Shown: positions 9,256-19,313, counted from the first letter of the stretch. The stretch: 64,000 nucleotides of DNA from Terriglobales bacterium (GCA_035262645.1 DATFSK010000015.1:22729-86728), one strand, 5' to 3'. The notes: generated by a model not told the origin, from the sequence alone. Numbers and translations: made by a program.

Positions 9256-9562
9256 TTCCCGCACGGCGGTCACCATTCACCTCCTCCCGAATTGAATTCG
9301 TCACAGCACACCTGTGACGGCTGTGCTTGCACTATGTTCCGCCAGGGCTAGACTGAGGATGCGCGAGGTTGCCGACCGCAAGGAGGTAGCCAGAATGCGA
9401 AAACTCTCCTCGAGAAGTCCGCGAGCGAAACGCGGAACCCCGACTACAAAGAGGTTTGTGAAAGACGTCTCCGGCGATTGAGGAGAGTTGTCAGTACTGC
9501 TCTTGTCGATTTATCTCAACTGCGGGTCGAGGGCCCGCCACAAACCTCTTTGGGAGGGCGCT

Positions 9563-10045
9563 ATGCCACTGAACAAGGTGAAGGCATTCCTCGATGGTCA
9601 TCGCACGAAATACGTCCTCATTTCGCACTCCAAGGCCTACACGGCGCAGGGCATCGCCGCCATCTCGCACATCCCGGGCAAGGAACTTGCCAAAACGGTC
9701 ATCTTGAAACTTGATGGTGCGCTTGCCATGGCGGTGCTGCCCGCGTCGTATCAAGTCGACCTGGAGGCGCTGCGCCGCGCCACCGGCGTGCAGGTGGCGG
9801 AGCTGGCCAGCGAGCGCGAGTTCAAACAGCACTTCGCCGATTGCGAGACGGGAGCGATGCCGCCTTTCGGCAATCTGTACAGCATCCCGGTGTACGTCGA
9901 CCAGACGCTGACGGAAGACCACGAGATCGCCTTCAACGCCGGCTCGCATTACGAGCTGATCAAGATGGCGTACCGCGATTTCGAGCGCCTGGTGAAGCCG
10001 GAGGTGATGGCGTTCTCCACCGCGCGCGAGCACGTGCTGGTGTGA
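9563..10045 (+). CDS. YbaK/aminoacyl-tRNA deacylase-like domain protein
   Basis: Internal ATG with GGGAGGG SD upstream. MPLNKVKAFLDGHRTKYVLISH...GAMPPFGNLY resembles the YbaK/ProX editing-domain family. Confidence 0.75.
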   Translation: MPLNKVKAFLDGHRTKYVLISHSKAYTAQGIAAISHIPGKELAKTVILKLDGALAMAVLPASYQVDLEALRRATGVQVAELASEREFKQHFADCETGAMPPFGNLYSIPVYVDQTLTEDHEIAFNAGSHYELIKMAYRDFERLVKPEVMAFSTAREHVLV

Positions 10046-10421
10046 GTGGAGCTTGACCGGACGGAGCGGCGCAAATTCCCGCATCGCCCGCAGGTCCAAG
10101 CCCCAGCAGGGGCTGCGGCGATGTTGCGCTGCTCCGCCGGCCGTAGAGTTCGCAGACGAGGGCCCGTGGTCGGGAGCAAGGCCGAGTCCCGATCTGCCGT
10201 TCGATCCGGTATCGAACAGGATCGCCCCTGCTGGCGAGGGCCCCGTCTGCGCTTGTCTTCTCGGGCAGCATCGTGTCCAGACTACCGACTGTTGGTGCAT
10301 CGGTGAGGGGCAATCCAGAAATTGCTCCAGGCTACAAGCCGGCCTGTGTTCCGTTAAGGCGCAGCGCTGCGTCGCATCTTCCCGAAGCCCGTTTCTGGGC
10401 AACTTGCAGCTGCCCGTATCT

Positions 10422-13400
10422 TCAGTGAAGTTTGGCGTATTCAGCTTTGGCTTGCTGATAGATCGGAATATCGGGATCGGCATCCTTCCAGAGAGTGAGA
10501 AACTCCTGATACGAGCTGCGCGCGGCCACCTTGTCGCCCATCATCAGCTGCGCGCGGGCAAGCTGCAAACGTGCCAGCGGTCCGTTGATGGAATTGCCGA
10601 TCAGCCCAGGATAGGCGAGCATCTTGCGAAATTCGCCAGCGGCTTTGTCAGGCTTTCCGGCACTCAAGTAGGCCTCACCACGCACGTAGGCGGATTCCAG
10701 CGAGAAAGCATCCCCAAACCTCAAGTCATAGGGTGCGGCGCGCTCGAGCGCCTGGAGTGCAGCTTCCGGGTGGTGTTGCTCAAGGGCGATCTGCGCGCGC
10801 AGCGTCGGCAAGTCACACCCCTGGATGAGCGTGTTTACCGGATTCTCCCGATCAATCCGCTCGCCGATTTTCCAGGCGTGATCTCTATCTCCAATCCGGG
10901 CGAGAGCGAGTGCAGTTAGCTGGGAGGCGCGCCGGTTGAGATTTAGCTTGAGGGCGTGCAAAGAAAAATTCCGCGCCTGCTTCATATCCCCGACTTTGGC
11001 GGCGCGCAGGGCGGCCACGGCCAGCCACTCGCCGCCGCGCTCTGCCGACTTGGCGGCTGCAGCTTGGTCGGCAGCGCGGCGCGAAAGTTCGTTGGCCTTC
11101 CGCAGACGGCCAAAATATCCTTCGGTCTCGGACTGCTCGCGCGTGAGGAAGTCCACAACCGCTGGTTTGTCCGCGGCCCAGCGAAGTTGCTCTTGCATCC
11201 CTTCCTCATCTTTGGCCAAAAACGCGAGACGATAGCTGCCCCAACGCAGGTTCCACGCGTCCAGCTTGTGGCGGTAGGCCTGATCGAGCGCCTGTTTGGC
11301 CTCTTCCACGCGGTTGAGGGCCATGTAAGAGAAAGCCAGGTTGCCATGCGCCGACATTTGGTCGGGCATGGCGCGGGCGCATTCCCGCTCGGCTTCGATA
11401 GAGCGCTCATATTCGCCCATCAGGCGCAGGACGTAACCGAGGTTGCTTCGCGACCGAATAGCGGCAGGAAGATCGCGGGTCACCTGTTCGAGGGTCGCAA
11501 TGGCTTTGTCGAACTCGCCTGTGACATCGATGTAGTAGAGGACTGCGGTGTCGAGCCGGTCGCGGACGGTGCTGCGCTCGCGCAGCTCGAAGGCTTTGGT
11601 GAAGTTCTGCACTTCGCCCTCGCGGTTGATGAGATTGTTGTAACAAGCTCCCAGCCAGCGGTAGGCAAGGGCAAAGTTGCCGTCGAGTTCGATGGCCCGC
11701 GAGAACGAGGCTACGGCTTCCGGGTTGCCGTAGCGCATTCTTCCCGCTGCGAAGGCCTGAAGCGATTCGAGGGAGGCGCTGGAAGCTTCCTCGAGCGGTT
11801 GGTTGTAGGTCTGCAAGGAAGCCTTCGGCTCGCCTAACTGCTGTCGCAGCGTAAAAGTCGCCGCATCGAGATTCTTAACGATGTGACCGCGCTCGGTCGC
11901 GCGTGACGAGCTTCGCGCCAGCAACCCACCGGTCTTGCAATTGTGTGCGGCGAGTTTGATTTCGTATTCGTTTCCGATGTCGGCGATCGAGCCCTCCACA
12001 TAAGCTGCGCTATTGGTGTGCAGGCAAACGTCGCGGGCAAGCCACGCGGTCAAGCGCTCGTCGCCAGGTTTGTTCATCGATTTCAAGGCTTCGGAAATCT
12101 TCTCCGGTAGCAGGAGATTGAGAAATGGCGTCTGTCCGAGCGAGATGTCTAGTGCCGGTTGCAACGCCGTGTCGAGCACGGGATCGTGGGTGAGATTGGT
12201 AAATTCCGCCAGTACGATGGTGTCGTCGGCGGTGAGGTGAACGGTATTCCTCGAGCGTATGAAGAACCAGGCTGTGACGAAGGCGATCGCGAGCGCGGCG
12301 GCCGCGAGAGCATATTGCCAGCGCACTCGCAGACGTGCGGGGGTGAGCAACGACTGAAGCTCGGCACGCATGTCGGCCGCGGACTGGTACCGCAGATTGC
12401 GGTCCTTTTGCAGCGCCTTGTTGAGGACGTTTTCAAGTTGCGGCGAGATGGCCGGGTTCACCTGCCGCGCCGGAAGTGGATCCTGGTGCAGGATGGCGTC
12501 TTGCACCTGGGCGGCAGTTTCGCCCGAAAATGCCTGCTGTCCGGTGGCCATCTGGTAGAGAACGAGCCCGAAGGCGAACAGGTCGGTTCGTGCATCGAGG
12601 GTCTCGCCACGCACCTGTTCCGGCGACATGTAGGAAGCCGTGCCCAAGGCACTGCCGGGTCGCGTCAGATGGGGAGCGATGCTTGTCTCAGGTGATGCGT
12701 AAAGGCCTGCATCGACAGCGCGCGCGGGCTCGTCTTCGAAATGAGATTCCAACAGTTTGGCCAGTCCGAAGTCGAGAACCTTTACCGCACCTTTACTCGT
12801 AAGGAAGATGTTCGCCGGCTTGATGTCGCGATGAATAATGCCCTGTTCGTGCGCAGCTTCCAGGGCGTTCGCTATTCCGGTGCCGATGCTCAGCAATTCC
12901 GGGAGAGCGATGCCTGCCTTCGGAGCCGATCCAGGCATTCGGTCGCGAAGGGTCTCACCTTCCAGCAGTTCCATCTCTATGAACGGCTGGCCCTCGTGCT
13001 CCTGCACCGAGTAAATGGTGCAGATGTTGGGATGGTTGAGTGACGAGGCCGTGCGGGCCTCGCGCTCGAATCGCTGCAACGCGCTGGGGTCGCCGGCGAG
13101 CTCCTCGGGAAGAAACTTCAGGGCGACGCGTCGTCCAAGCCTCAAGTCTTCGGCCTCGTAGACGACACCCATGCCACCACCACCGATCACCTGAAGCACG
13201 CGGTAGTGGGCGACCTTCTTGCCGATCAGACCACCTGAATCGGGAGGCGCCGGAGCAGGGGGGAGAACGTCATCGCCGGGAGCGCTCAGGTCGGGTAGCG
13301 GCTGGACAGCAACGATGAAGCGGTAGCCGCGGCGGCCGACGGTCTCGACGTATATCGGTTGATCGGCCGAGTCGCCCAAGGCGGAGCGCAGCCTGCGTAC

Positions 13401-13742
13401 GGCGGCGTAGATGCCGAGGTCGAACTCAACCTCCGTGCCGTTCGGCCATAGCTTGTTCCTGATCTGATCGCGGTCCACCACCTCACCTGGGTGGACGAGA
13501 AGCATCAGCAAAATTTGAAGCGGCTTCTCCTGCAGACGGACACGATTGCCGTCTTGGCAAAGCTCGCCCGCCTTTACGTCGAGCACGAAATTCCCGAATC
13601 GCAGTCGTTTTGGAAGATCGCCGGGTATAGGTGCCTCGCCCCTGTGGCCGTGGGTTGCTGTTTGTCTGGGGAGTTTAGCACCACGGAGAGCCGCTTCCCA
13701 GATTTCCGAGACTGCCAATTCGCTAGGAAAGCGTGACTTCAA
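10422..13742 (-). CDS. winged-helix (OmpR/CadC-type) DNA-binding domain fused to Ser/Thr protein kinase, TM segment and TPR repeats
   Basis: 1106 aa. wHTH (RFGNFVLDV...VGRRGYRF), kinase (GGGGMGVVYEAEDLRLGRRVALKFL, HRDIKPANIF, DFGLA), one TM, and a long TPR-like C-terminus. The TTG start at 13742 is uncertain. Confidence 0.9.
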   Translation of the reverse strand: MKSRFPSELAVSEIWEAALRGAKLPRQTATHGHRGEAPIPGDLPKRLRFGNFVLDVKAGELCQDGNRVRLQEKPLQILLMLLVHPGEVVDRDQIRNKLWPNGTEVEFDLGIYAAVRRLRSALGDSADQPIYVETVGRRGYRFIVAVQPLPDLSAPGDDVLPPAPAPPDSGGLIGKKVAHYRVLQVIGGGGMGVVYEAEDLRLGRRVALKFLPEELAGDPSALQRFEREARTASSLNHPNICTIYSVQEHEGQPFIEMELLEGETLRDRMPGSAPKAGIALPELLSIGTGIANALEAAHEQGIIHRDIKPANIFLTSKGAVKVLDFGLAKLLESHFEDEPARAVDAGLYASPETSIAPHLTRPGSALGTASYMSPEQVRGETLDARTDLFAFGLVLYQMATGQQAFSGETAAQVQDAILHQDPLPARQVNPAISPQLENVLNKALQKDRNLRYQSAADMRAELQSLLTPARLRVRWQYALAAAALAIAFVTAWFFIRSRNTVHLTADDTIVLAEFTNLTHDPVLDTALQPALDISLGQTPFLNLLLPEKISEALKSMNKPGDERLTAWLARDVCLHTNSAAYVEGSIADIGNEYEIKLAAHNCKTGGLLARSSSRATERGHIVKNLDAATFTLRQQLGEPKASLQTYNQPLEEASSASLESLQAFAAGRMRYGNPEAVASFSRAIELDGNFALAYRWLGACYNNLINREGEVQNFTKAFELRERSTVRDRLDTAVLYYIDVTGEFDKAIATLEQVTRDLPAAIRSRSNLGYVLRLMGEYERSIEAERECARAMPDQMSAHGNLAFSYMALNRVEEAKQALDQAYRHKLDAWNLRWGSYRLAFLAKDEEGMQEQLRWAADKPAVVDFLTREQSETEGYFGRLRKANELSRRAADQAAAAKSAERGGEWLAVAALRAAKVGDMKQARNFSLHALKLNLNRRASQLTALALARIGDRDHAWKIGERIDRENPVNTLIQGCDLPTLRAQIALEQHHPEAALQALERAAPYDLRFGDAFSLESAYVRGEAYLSAGKPDKAAGEFRKMLAYPGLIGNSINGPLARLQLARAQLMMGDKVAARSSYQEFLTLWKDADPDIPIYQQAKAEYAKLH

Positions 13743-13895
13743 CCGAACCTTGCTCTTCGCAAATCAAGCATTTGCAAGCACTTATGAGTGTCATGATCGC
13801 GTCAGGGAAAGGTCAGGCGCGCACCATAGACATCTCGCGTCCGGTTGGGCACAGTGGCGCAGCGCTCCCAAATCGAATTCCAAGGAGTAGCCAAA

Positions 13896-15422
13896 ATGAG
13901 GTCGACACAAATGAGATTGGCCATCGCGGTCACGCTGCTCGCCCTGCCGATGTGCCTGGCGGCGCAGAGCAACTCACCCGCAAATCCACTGCACCACACG
14001 TACCGACTCATTGACATAGGAACATTTGGTGGTGCTCAAAGTTTTGTAAACGAGCAGTTCAACGGTTCGCCGAGTCTGAACAACCACGGCGACCTTGTTG
14101 GCGCCGCTGAAACCCTTATTCCACTGAATCAATACAGCAATGGTTTCCCTTGCTTTCCCGGCCCCAACGTTAACCATGCGTTTCGATATCACGCTGGTGA
14201 GGTCGCCGATTTAGGTGCTCTATCCCCAGCGAGCACCAATTGCAGCAACGGCCAAAGCACGAATGAGATAGGAGACGTCGCAGGAGTTTCGGAGAATGGC
14301 GTCGTCGATCCCGTCCTGGGAATCAATGCAATGCACGGGTTCATCTTCAGGGATGGCGAGCTGGTCGACCTGGGAACGCTAGGGGGAAATATTAGTTATG
14401 GAGGTTCCATAAACACCCGTGGTCAAGTAGTCGGATTTACAACCAATGCAATACCGGACCCGTACTCGTTTTATTACGCCTTGGTGCAGGGGTCGCCGAA
14501 CGGAACCCAAACACGGGGATATGTATGGCAGAACGGGGGTATGCAAGACCTCGGTACGCTTGGGGGGCCAGATGGCAACGCGTTTTTCGTCAATGAAGGG
14601 GGCCAGATCTCAGGAGCGGCATACACAAATTCCACGCCAAACCAAACCACTGGAGTGCCGACTGTGGACCCCTTCCTTTGGCAGAACGGCAGGATGCTGG
14701 ATCTCGGCACGCTGGGAGGTGCCTTCGGCACCCCGGACGCTATGAACAATCGCGGACAGGTTGTAGGACCCTCGAATCTTGCGGGGGACCAAACCTTCCA
14801 TCCTTTCCTGTGGGACGGGCATGAACTGCTGGACCTTGGCACGTTGGGCGGGGACAACGGCGAGGCGCTTGCAATTAGTGATGCCGGAGAAGTTGTAGGC
14901 AAGGCGGACTTGCCCGATCAGACCCATGATGCATTTCTTTGGAGCGGCGGGGTTATGACCGACCTCGGATCATTTCCCGGTTATCCGTGTACTCGCGCCA
15001 ATCACATTAACGGCCAACGCCAAATTGTAGGAAACACCTCCGACTGTGAGCATGCATTGCGGGCTGTCCTCTGGGAACACGGGCAACCCGGAGTCGACTT
15101 GAACGAGCTTATCCCGCCAGATTCACCCTTACTCTTGACAGACGCCGTGGAGATCAATGATCGCGGTGAGATCGCCGGCGCTGGCGTACCTGCCGGCTGC
15201 CAGCCTCAGGATGCGGACACCTGCGGACACGCGTATCTGTTGATTCCCAATGGTGACTGCGACAGCAATTGCGAACAGAGGATCGCCGATAGCGAACGCG
15301 CAGCCCTAAGTGCGCCCGCGAATATCAAACGAACAGTGCCACAGACACCCGCGGAGCGCGCCCGCGGTACCATGCGCCAGCGCTACCATCTTCCCGGCCA
15401 GCCAGCCGCACCGCGAGGTTGA
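13896..15422 (+). CDS. HAF-family extracellular repeat protein
   Basis: AAGGAG SD 8 nt upstream of the ATG and a signal peptide (MRSTQMRLAIAVTLLALPMCLAAQ). About 8 repeats of the pattern hAFlW.nG.m.DLGTLGG....a.iN..GqVVG (HAF repeat). Confidence 0.85.
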   Translation: MRSTQMRLAIAVTLLALPMCLAAQSNSPANPLHHTYRLIDIGTFGGAQSFVNEQFNGSPSLNNHGDLVGAAETLIPLNQYSNGFPCFPGPNVNHAFRYHAGEVADLGALSPASTNCSNGQSTNEIGDVAGVSENGVVDPVLGINAMHGFIFRDGELVDLGTLGGNISYGGSINTRGQVVGFTTNAIPDPYSFYYALVQGSPNGTQTRGYVWQNGGMQDLGTLGGPDGNAFFVNEGGQISGAAYTNSTPNQTTGVPTVDPFLWQNGRMLDLGTLGGAFGTPDAMNNRGQVVGPSNLAGDQTFHPFLWDGHELLDLGTLGGDNGEALAISDAGEVVGKADLPDQTHDAFLWSGGVMTDLGSFPGYPCTRANHINGQRQIVGNTSDCEHALRAVLWEHGQPGVDLNELIPPDSPLLLTDAVEINDRGEIAGAGVPAGCQPQDADTCGHAYLLIPNGDCDSNCEQRIADSERAALSAPANIKRTVPQTPAERARGTMRQRYHLPGQPAAPRG

Positions 15423-15563
15423 AAAACAACGCTCATCGCCGACGGGAGCGGCGTCTCTCCCCTGTATTGCGTTCCGCTCCGACAATTCTGATTAGGCTCA
15501 AGAGTATTTCGCGACCAGCTGAAGGGGAGAGCTTGCGTCGCCCTAACCGCAAAGGAGAATGAC

Positions 15564-17026
15564 ATGCAACACCAGATCAGGATGTGGAGTATCGCAACAA
15601 CATTGTTGGCCATGGTGGTGATGCCCATAGGCACCGCGGCGCAGAGCAGTTCCTCGCCGGTGGTACATCACACTTACACCTTGATTGACATGGGTACGTT
15701 CGGAGGGCCGCAGACCTACCCGAATATCGTTCAGGGTGTTCAGTCACTCAGCCAGACTGGAGTGCTCTCGGGCTGTTCGGAGACGGCGATGTCGAACCCG
15801 AAGTATCCAACGGCAATCCCTTTCTGTTTCCGCCGCCCGAGCCCGACCCGTACATTGTCCATGCTTTTCAGTACAGCAATGACGTTGTGACGGATATGGG
15901 AGCTTTGCCGGGCTCTAATACGAGCTGCGCGCTCTGGACAAACGACTAAGGCCTAACAACCGGCGCTTCGGAGAATGGGCAGATCGATCCGCTCACGGGT
16001 TGGCCCGAGATCGAAGCGGTGCTGTGGCGGAATGGACAACTGCTCCCCCTGGGCACGCTCGGCGGCTACGAGAGCTTTCCGGTGTCGGTAAATAACGGTG
16101 GGCAAGTGACCGGATTTGCGACCAACTCCGTACCCGACGATCTGTTCGGCTTTGGTACGCAGGTGCGTGCCTTCCTGTGGCAAGGAGGGACAATGCGGGA
16201 CCTGGGAACTCTGGGCGGTCCGGATGCGTTTGGGATCGTCGTGAACGATGGCGGCCAGGTGCTCGGCTTCTCGCTCACCGCGGACCTGCGAGGCGATGCG
16301 TTTCTCTGGCAGAACGGTGTCTTCAGCGACATCCCGGATGCGATCGGCGGAACTGAGATCAATCCTTTTTTCCTCAATAACCAGGGCATGGTGATCGGAA
16401 ACGCCAGCGTCGTCGATGACCAGGTGTTCCATCCCTTTCTGTGGCAAAACGGAGTCATGCAGGACCTCGGGACTTTCGGCGGGACCGATGGGGAGGCGGT
16501 TTGGGTGAATCAACGCGGCCAGGTTGTCGGCACCGCCAACTTCGCAGGCGATACCACCCATCATGCGTTCCTATGGCAGAACGGTACGCTGATCGATCTT
16601 GTTCCGGCACCCGGCTATAATTGCAGCGGCGGTGCCGCCATTAATTCGGTAGGCCAGGCGGTAGGTTTCTCATCCGATTGTCACCAATCCCACGCTCCGA
16701 TGCTGTGGGAGGGAGGAGAGGCCATCGACCTCAGTACCCTCACCAATGTCCCGCCCAATATGTACATCGCAGGGGCACTCAATATCAACAACCAGGGACA
16801 GATTGCGGCGGTGGGAGTTGTGGACAACGCCTACCTGCATGCGCTGTTACTGGTCCCCAGCGGCATCTGCAGCGGCAGCTGCCAAAACAATATCGCGGCA
16901 TCGAAGGCAGCCAAGGCACTCAGCACTCCGGGTCCCAAGTCCTCGGCGGGCTTTTCGGATCCATATGCCAATGGCTCACGCGGCCACTCAGCAATATCGC
17001 GGCTCTTGCGCAACACAGTCAGGTGA
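15564..17026 (+). pseudogene. disrupted tandem paralog of the HAF-repeat protein (frameshift plus in-frame TAA)
   Basis: The N-terminus (track ORF 15564..15890) parallels the upstream gene (HHTYTLIDMGTFGG vs HHTYRLIDIGTFGG). The frame switches between about 15786 and 15806 (SET... then ...VSNGNPFLFPPPEPDPYIVHAFQY in another frame). TAA at 15947-15949 interrupts ...CALWTND*GLTTGASENGQIDP. The rest is track ORF 16019..17026. Confidence 0.75.
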
Positions 17027-17109
17027 AGCGCGACCTCAGCCCGGCCGAGGCATGGGCACGAGCGGCAAGCATCGGCATAAAGGCGGGACGGGACAGATAC
17101 TCATAGGAG

Positions 17110-17150
17110 CGGCAGGGCGCGGGCGTTGTGGCGCTCTGCCGTTTTTTGTT
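17110..17150 (+). terminator. rho-independent terminator downstream of HAF genes
   Basis: CGGCAGGGCGC-gggcgttgtg-GCGCTCTGCCG (11-bp stem with one G-U) followed by TTTTTTGTTT. Confidence 0.65.
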
Positions 17151-17175
17151 TATGGGAAAAGGTTGCCGGGAAGGA

Positions 17176-17210
17176 GTCGTCAGTTGTCGGTTGTCAGTTG
17201 TCGGTGGTCA
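17176..17210. repeat. 7-nt-period tandem array (GTNGTCR)x5
   Basis: gtcgtca gttgtcg gttgtca gttgtcg gtggtca. On the minus strand, TGA recurs every 14 nt and so falls in all three frames. Confidence 0.75.
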
Positions 17211-17359
17211 GACGGTGCGGCCTCGCGCTCAACGTCAGGAGACAACGATGACGTGCCGGAGCCTACTTCTCTGCAGCATCCGGCGACAAAGGTAAGCATC
17301 ACAATCGCACTGCGTCGCTCTGCGGTACAATTTCCTCGCAACATACGAGGAGAACTCAC

Positions 17360-17854
17360 ATGCGTCGGTTGGTATTGATCGCACTCTTACTCTTCTGCAT
17401 TGGTGGCGTGGCGATGGCACAGCAATCCATGACAGGATCGATGCAGAACGCTCCCGCGCGCAAGTCGCCGCTGGCCGAATACGCGGGCGCGTGGATTGGG
17501 ACCTTCGAAGGCCACGCCTGGCTGACGCTTCGCCTGACGCTACAGGGCGCCGAGATCACCGGGACCGTTCAGCATCCGCACGACGTGAAGTTTACCGATC
17601 AGGGCGAGCTGAAGAGCGTGAGCGAGGAGCAGGCGACGGCGGCGGTGCAGAATTCTGTGCTGACCAACGATGGGCTGCTGCTGACGGTGAAGGATCCAGA
17701 CACGCAGGAGACCGATCGCTACCTGCTGCGCCTGACCAGCGCCGGCACGGGCGAGGTGAAGATGGTGGCGATGTCGATGCCGCCGGGAATGCCGAAGCCC
17801 AAGCCATGGAAGGTGACGAAGGTCGGGGCGAACGCGGTCACGCCGACGCGTTGA
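17360..17854 (+). CDS. hypothetical secreted protein
   Basis: 164 aa with GAGGAG SD upstream and signal peptide MRRLVLIALLLFCIGGVAMAQQ. No family recognised. Confidence 0.6.
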   Translation: MRRLVLIALLLFCIGGVAMAQQSMTGSMQNAPARKSPLAEYAGAWIGTFEGHAWLTLRLTLQGAEITGTVQHPHDVKFTDQGELKSVSEEQATAAVQNSVLTNDGLLLTVKDPDTQETDRYLLRLTSAGTGEVKMVAMSMPPGMPKPKPWKVTKVGANAVTPTR

Positions 17855-17867
17855 TCGCTGCCGCTGG

Positions 17868-18122
17868 TCAGCGGGCGATTTCTGCAGCCACACCGATGAG
17901 CAGCGACAGCAGGCCCGCGAGCACCAGTCCTATCGCCAGTCCGGGCGCGCGGCTCTTCGGAAACAGCTGCCGGTATTGCTGGATCAGTTCCCGCCCATGC
18001 AGCACGGGCGCTCCGCTCGGCGTTGCATCGCTGGAGCGCATCATCAGCACGGTGCGCAGCGCGACTCCCGAGATCAGCAGAAGAACGCCGGCGATGATGA
18101 GCCACGTGGCTGCGGTCGCCAT
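17868..18122 (-). CDS. hypothetical small membrane protein (2 TM)
   Basis: 84 aa with two hydrophobic helices (WLIIAGVLLLISGVAL, LAIGLVLAGLLSLLIGVAA). Confidence 0.45.
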   Translation of the reverse strand: MATAATWLIIAGVLLLISGVALRTVLMMRSSDATPSGAPVLHGRELIQQYRQLFPKSRAPGLAIGLVLAGLLSLLIGVAAEIAR

Positions 18123-18238
18123 TTTCCCGTACTCCCTGCTCTGTTACGGCGATGATAACCCGGCAGGGGAAGATGCGCGCCAGGTTTCCTCGCGCTTCCG
18201 CCGCCCAGAGAGCCGCTGGTACACTGCTACGCATACCA

Positions 18239-18541
18239 ATGACCTCCCCAATTCTGCGGCTGCTCGGGGCGCTGGCCGGACTTGGCAGCGCCATCCTGTG
18301 CTGGTTCTTGGGAACTACTCTGGCAGGGCCGCTGCGGCTGCACACCTTGTTCAAGCTGGATGGAGCGCACTACGCGCTGATGGCGTTCCTGCTCGTGCCG
18401 GCGCTGATCCTCGCCGTGGTCGCGCTGTTCTGGGTGCCGCCGCGCGTCTCCGGCGGAGGCCCGCTGCCTGAAGGCCGACGCTGGCGCATCGCGCTGGTGC
18501 TGCTGTTTGTCGCTGCACTGGCTCTGGGATTGGCTCGCTGA
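18239..18541 (+). CDS. hypothetical membrane protein (3 TM)
   Basis: Internal Met MTSPILRLLGALAGLGSAILCWFLG of track ORF 18152..18541. Hydrophobic helices. No family recognised. Confidence 0.45.
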   Translation: MTSPILRLLGALAGLGSAILCWFLGTTLAGPLRLHTLFKLDGAHYALMAFLLVPALILAVVALFWVPPRVSGGGPLPEGRRWRIALVLLFVAALALGLAR

Positions 18542-18829
18542 ACTGCGCTTTGCGATCGACAGGAGCGGCGTGGTCCAGCCTGACACCGTTCTTCTTCAGC
18601 TCGACCCAAGCGGAGAAACGGTAAAAATCCGCGCCACCGCTCCCTGTCGAATGTCTGGAGGCACCTGCTGCTGCGGTCCGAGGAGAAAAGACCACCCCCA
18701 GACAATGAAATAGGTTGGATCCGGATTCAAACAGAAGGGATGCGGCGATGCAAGGACGGAATCGGAATGGCGCAAAATTGCGCGGGAATTACGAATAGCG
18801 CCGTAGCCGCACAATCCATCGCAGAAATA

Positions 18830-19255
18830 CTAGTGTTTCGGCGCGACAAGTCCTGCGCGCCCGGCGACTTCCAGCCGTACTTCGGCCCGCCGCAAGGCGA
18901 AGAGAGTCGCATCGTAGTCGAGATCCGGCGCAGCCCGGCGAAGGGCTTCTTCCGCTCGCGCCTTGGCTTCCTGCGCGCGCTTCACGTCGATCTCCTCGGC
19001 GCGTTCGGCTGTATCAGCCAGGATCGTGACTTTGTCGGGCAGCACCTCGGCGAATCCCCACGAGACCGCGAGGTACTGCGTCGTGGCTCCGTGAGTGTAG
19101 CTGATCTCGCCGATCATCAACTCGGTGAGCAGCGGTGCGTGTCCCGGCAGCACGCCGAGATAACCGCTCTTGCCGGGAATCTGCACCTGGTCGACCTCTT
19201 CGCTCACCAGTTGCTTGTCCGGCGTCACGATCTGTAGATGTAGTGTCTCAGCCAT
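18830..19255 (-). CDS. atpC: F1 ATP synthase subunit epsilon
   Basis: 141 aa. MAETLHLQIVTPDKQLVSEEVDQVQIPGKSGYLGVLPGHAPLLT is a typical epsilon N-terminal beta-sandwich, followed by a helical hairpin. Confidence 0.95.
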   Translation of the reverse strand: MAETLHLQIVTPDKQLVSEEVDQVQIPGKSGYLGVLPGHAPLLTELMIGEISYTHGATTQYLAVSWGFAEVLPDKVTILADTAERAEEIDVKRAQEAKARAEEALRRAAPDLDYDATLFALRRAEVRLEVAGRAGLVAPKH

Positions 19256-19261
19256 AAAGAA

Positions 19262-19282
19262 GTTGTCGGTTGTCCGTTGTCA
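19262..19282. repeat. 7-nt-period tandem array (GTTGTCN)x3
   Basis: gttgtcg gttgtcc gttgtca, 6 nt from the atpC start codon. Confidence 0.7.
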
Positions 19283-19313
19283 GCGACGGGCCTGCGCGCG
19301 TCCCGCCGTCGGC

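Noticed and set aside
10091-10125. SRP-RNA-like fragment (CAGGTCCAAGCCCCAGCAGG), and an RNase-P-like GAAGTCCG at about 9413
   Set aside because: Each matches only a few nucleotides of the conserved cores (GGAAGGAAGCAGC is absent and GAGGAAAGUCCGGGC is absent). No tRNA, rRNA, tmRNA or RNase P signature was found anywhere in the window.
15947-15949. In-frame TAA (15947) and TAG (33385) as programmed recoding (Sec/Pyl or readthrough)
   Set aside because: Neither is TGA. No SECIS-like or PYLIS-like context or pyl genes were seen. The HAF paralog also carries a frameshift. Simple inactivating mutations or sequencing errors are more parsimonious.
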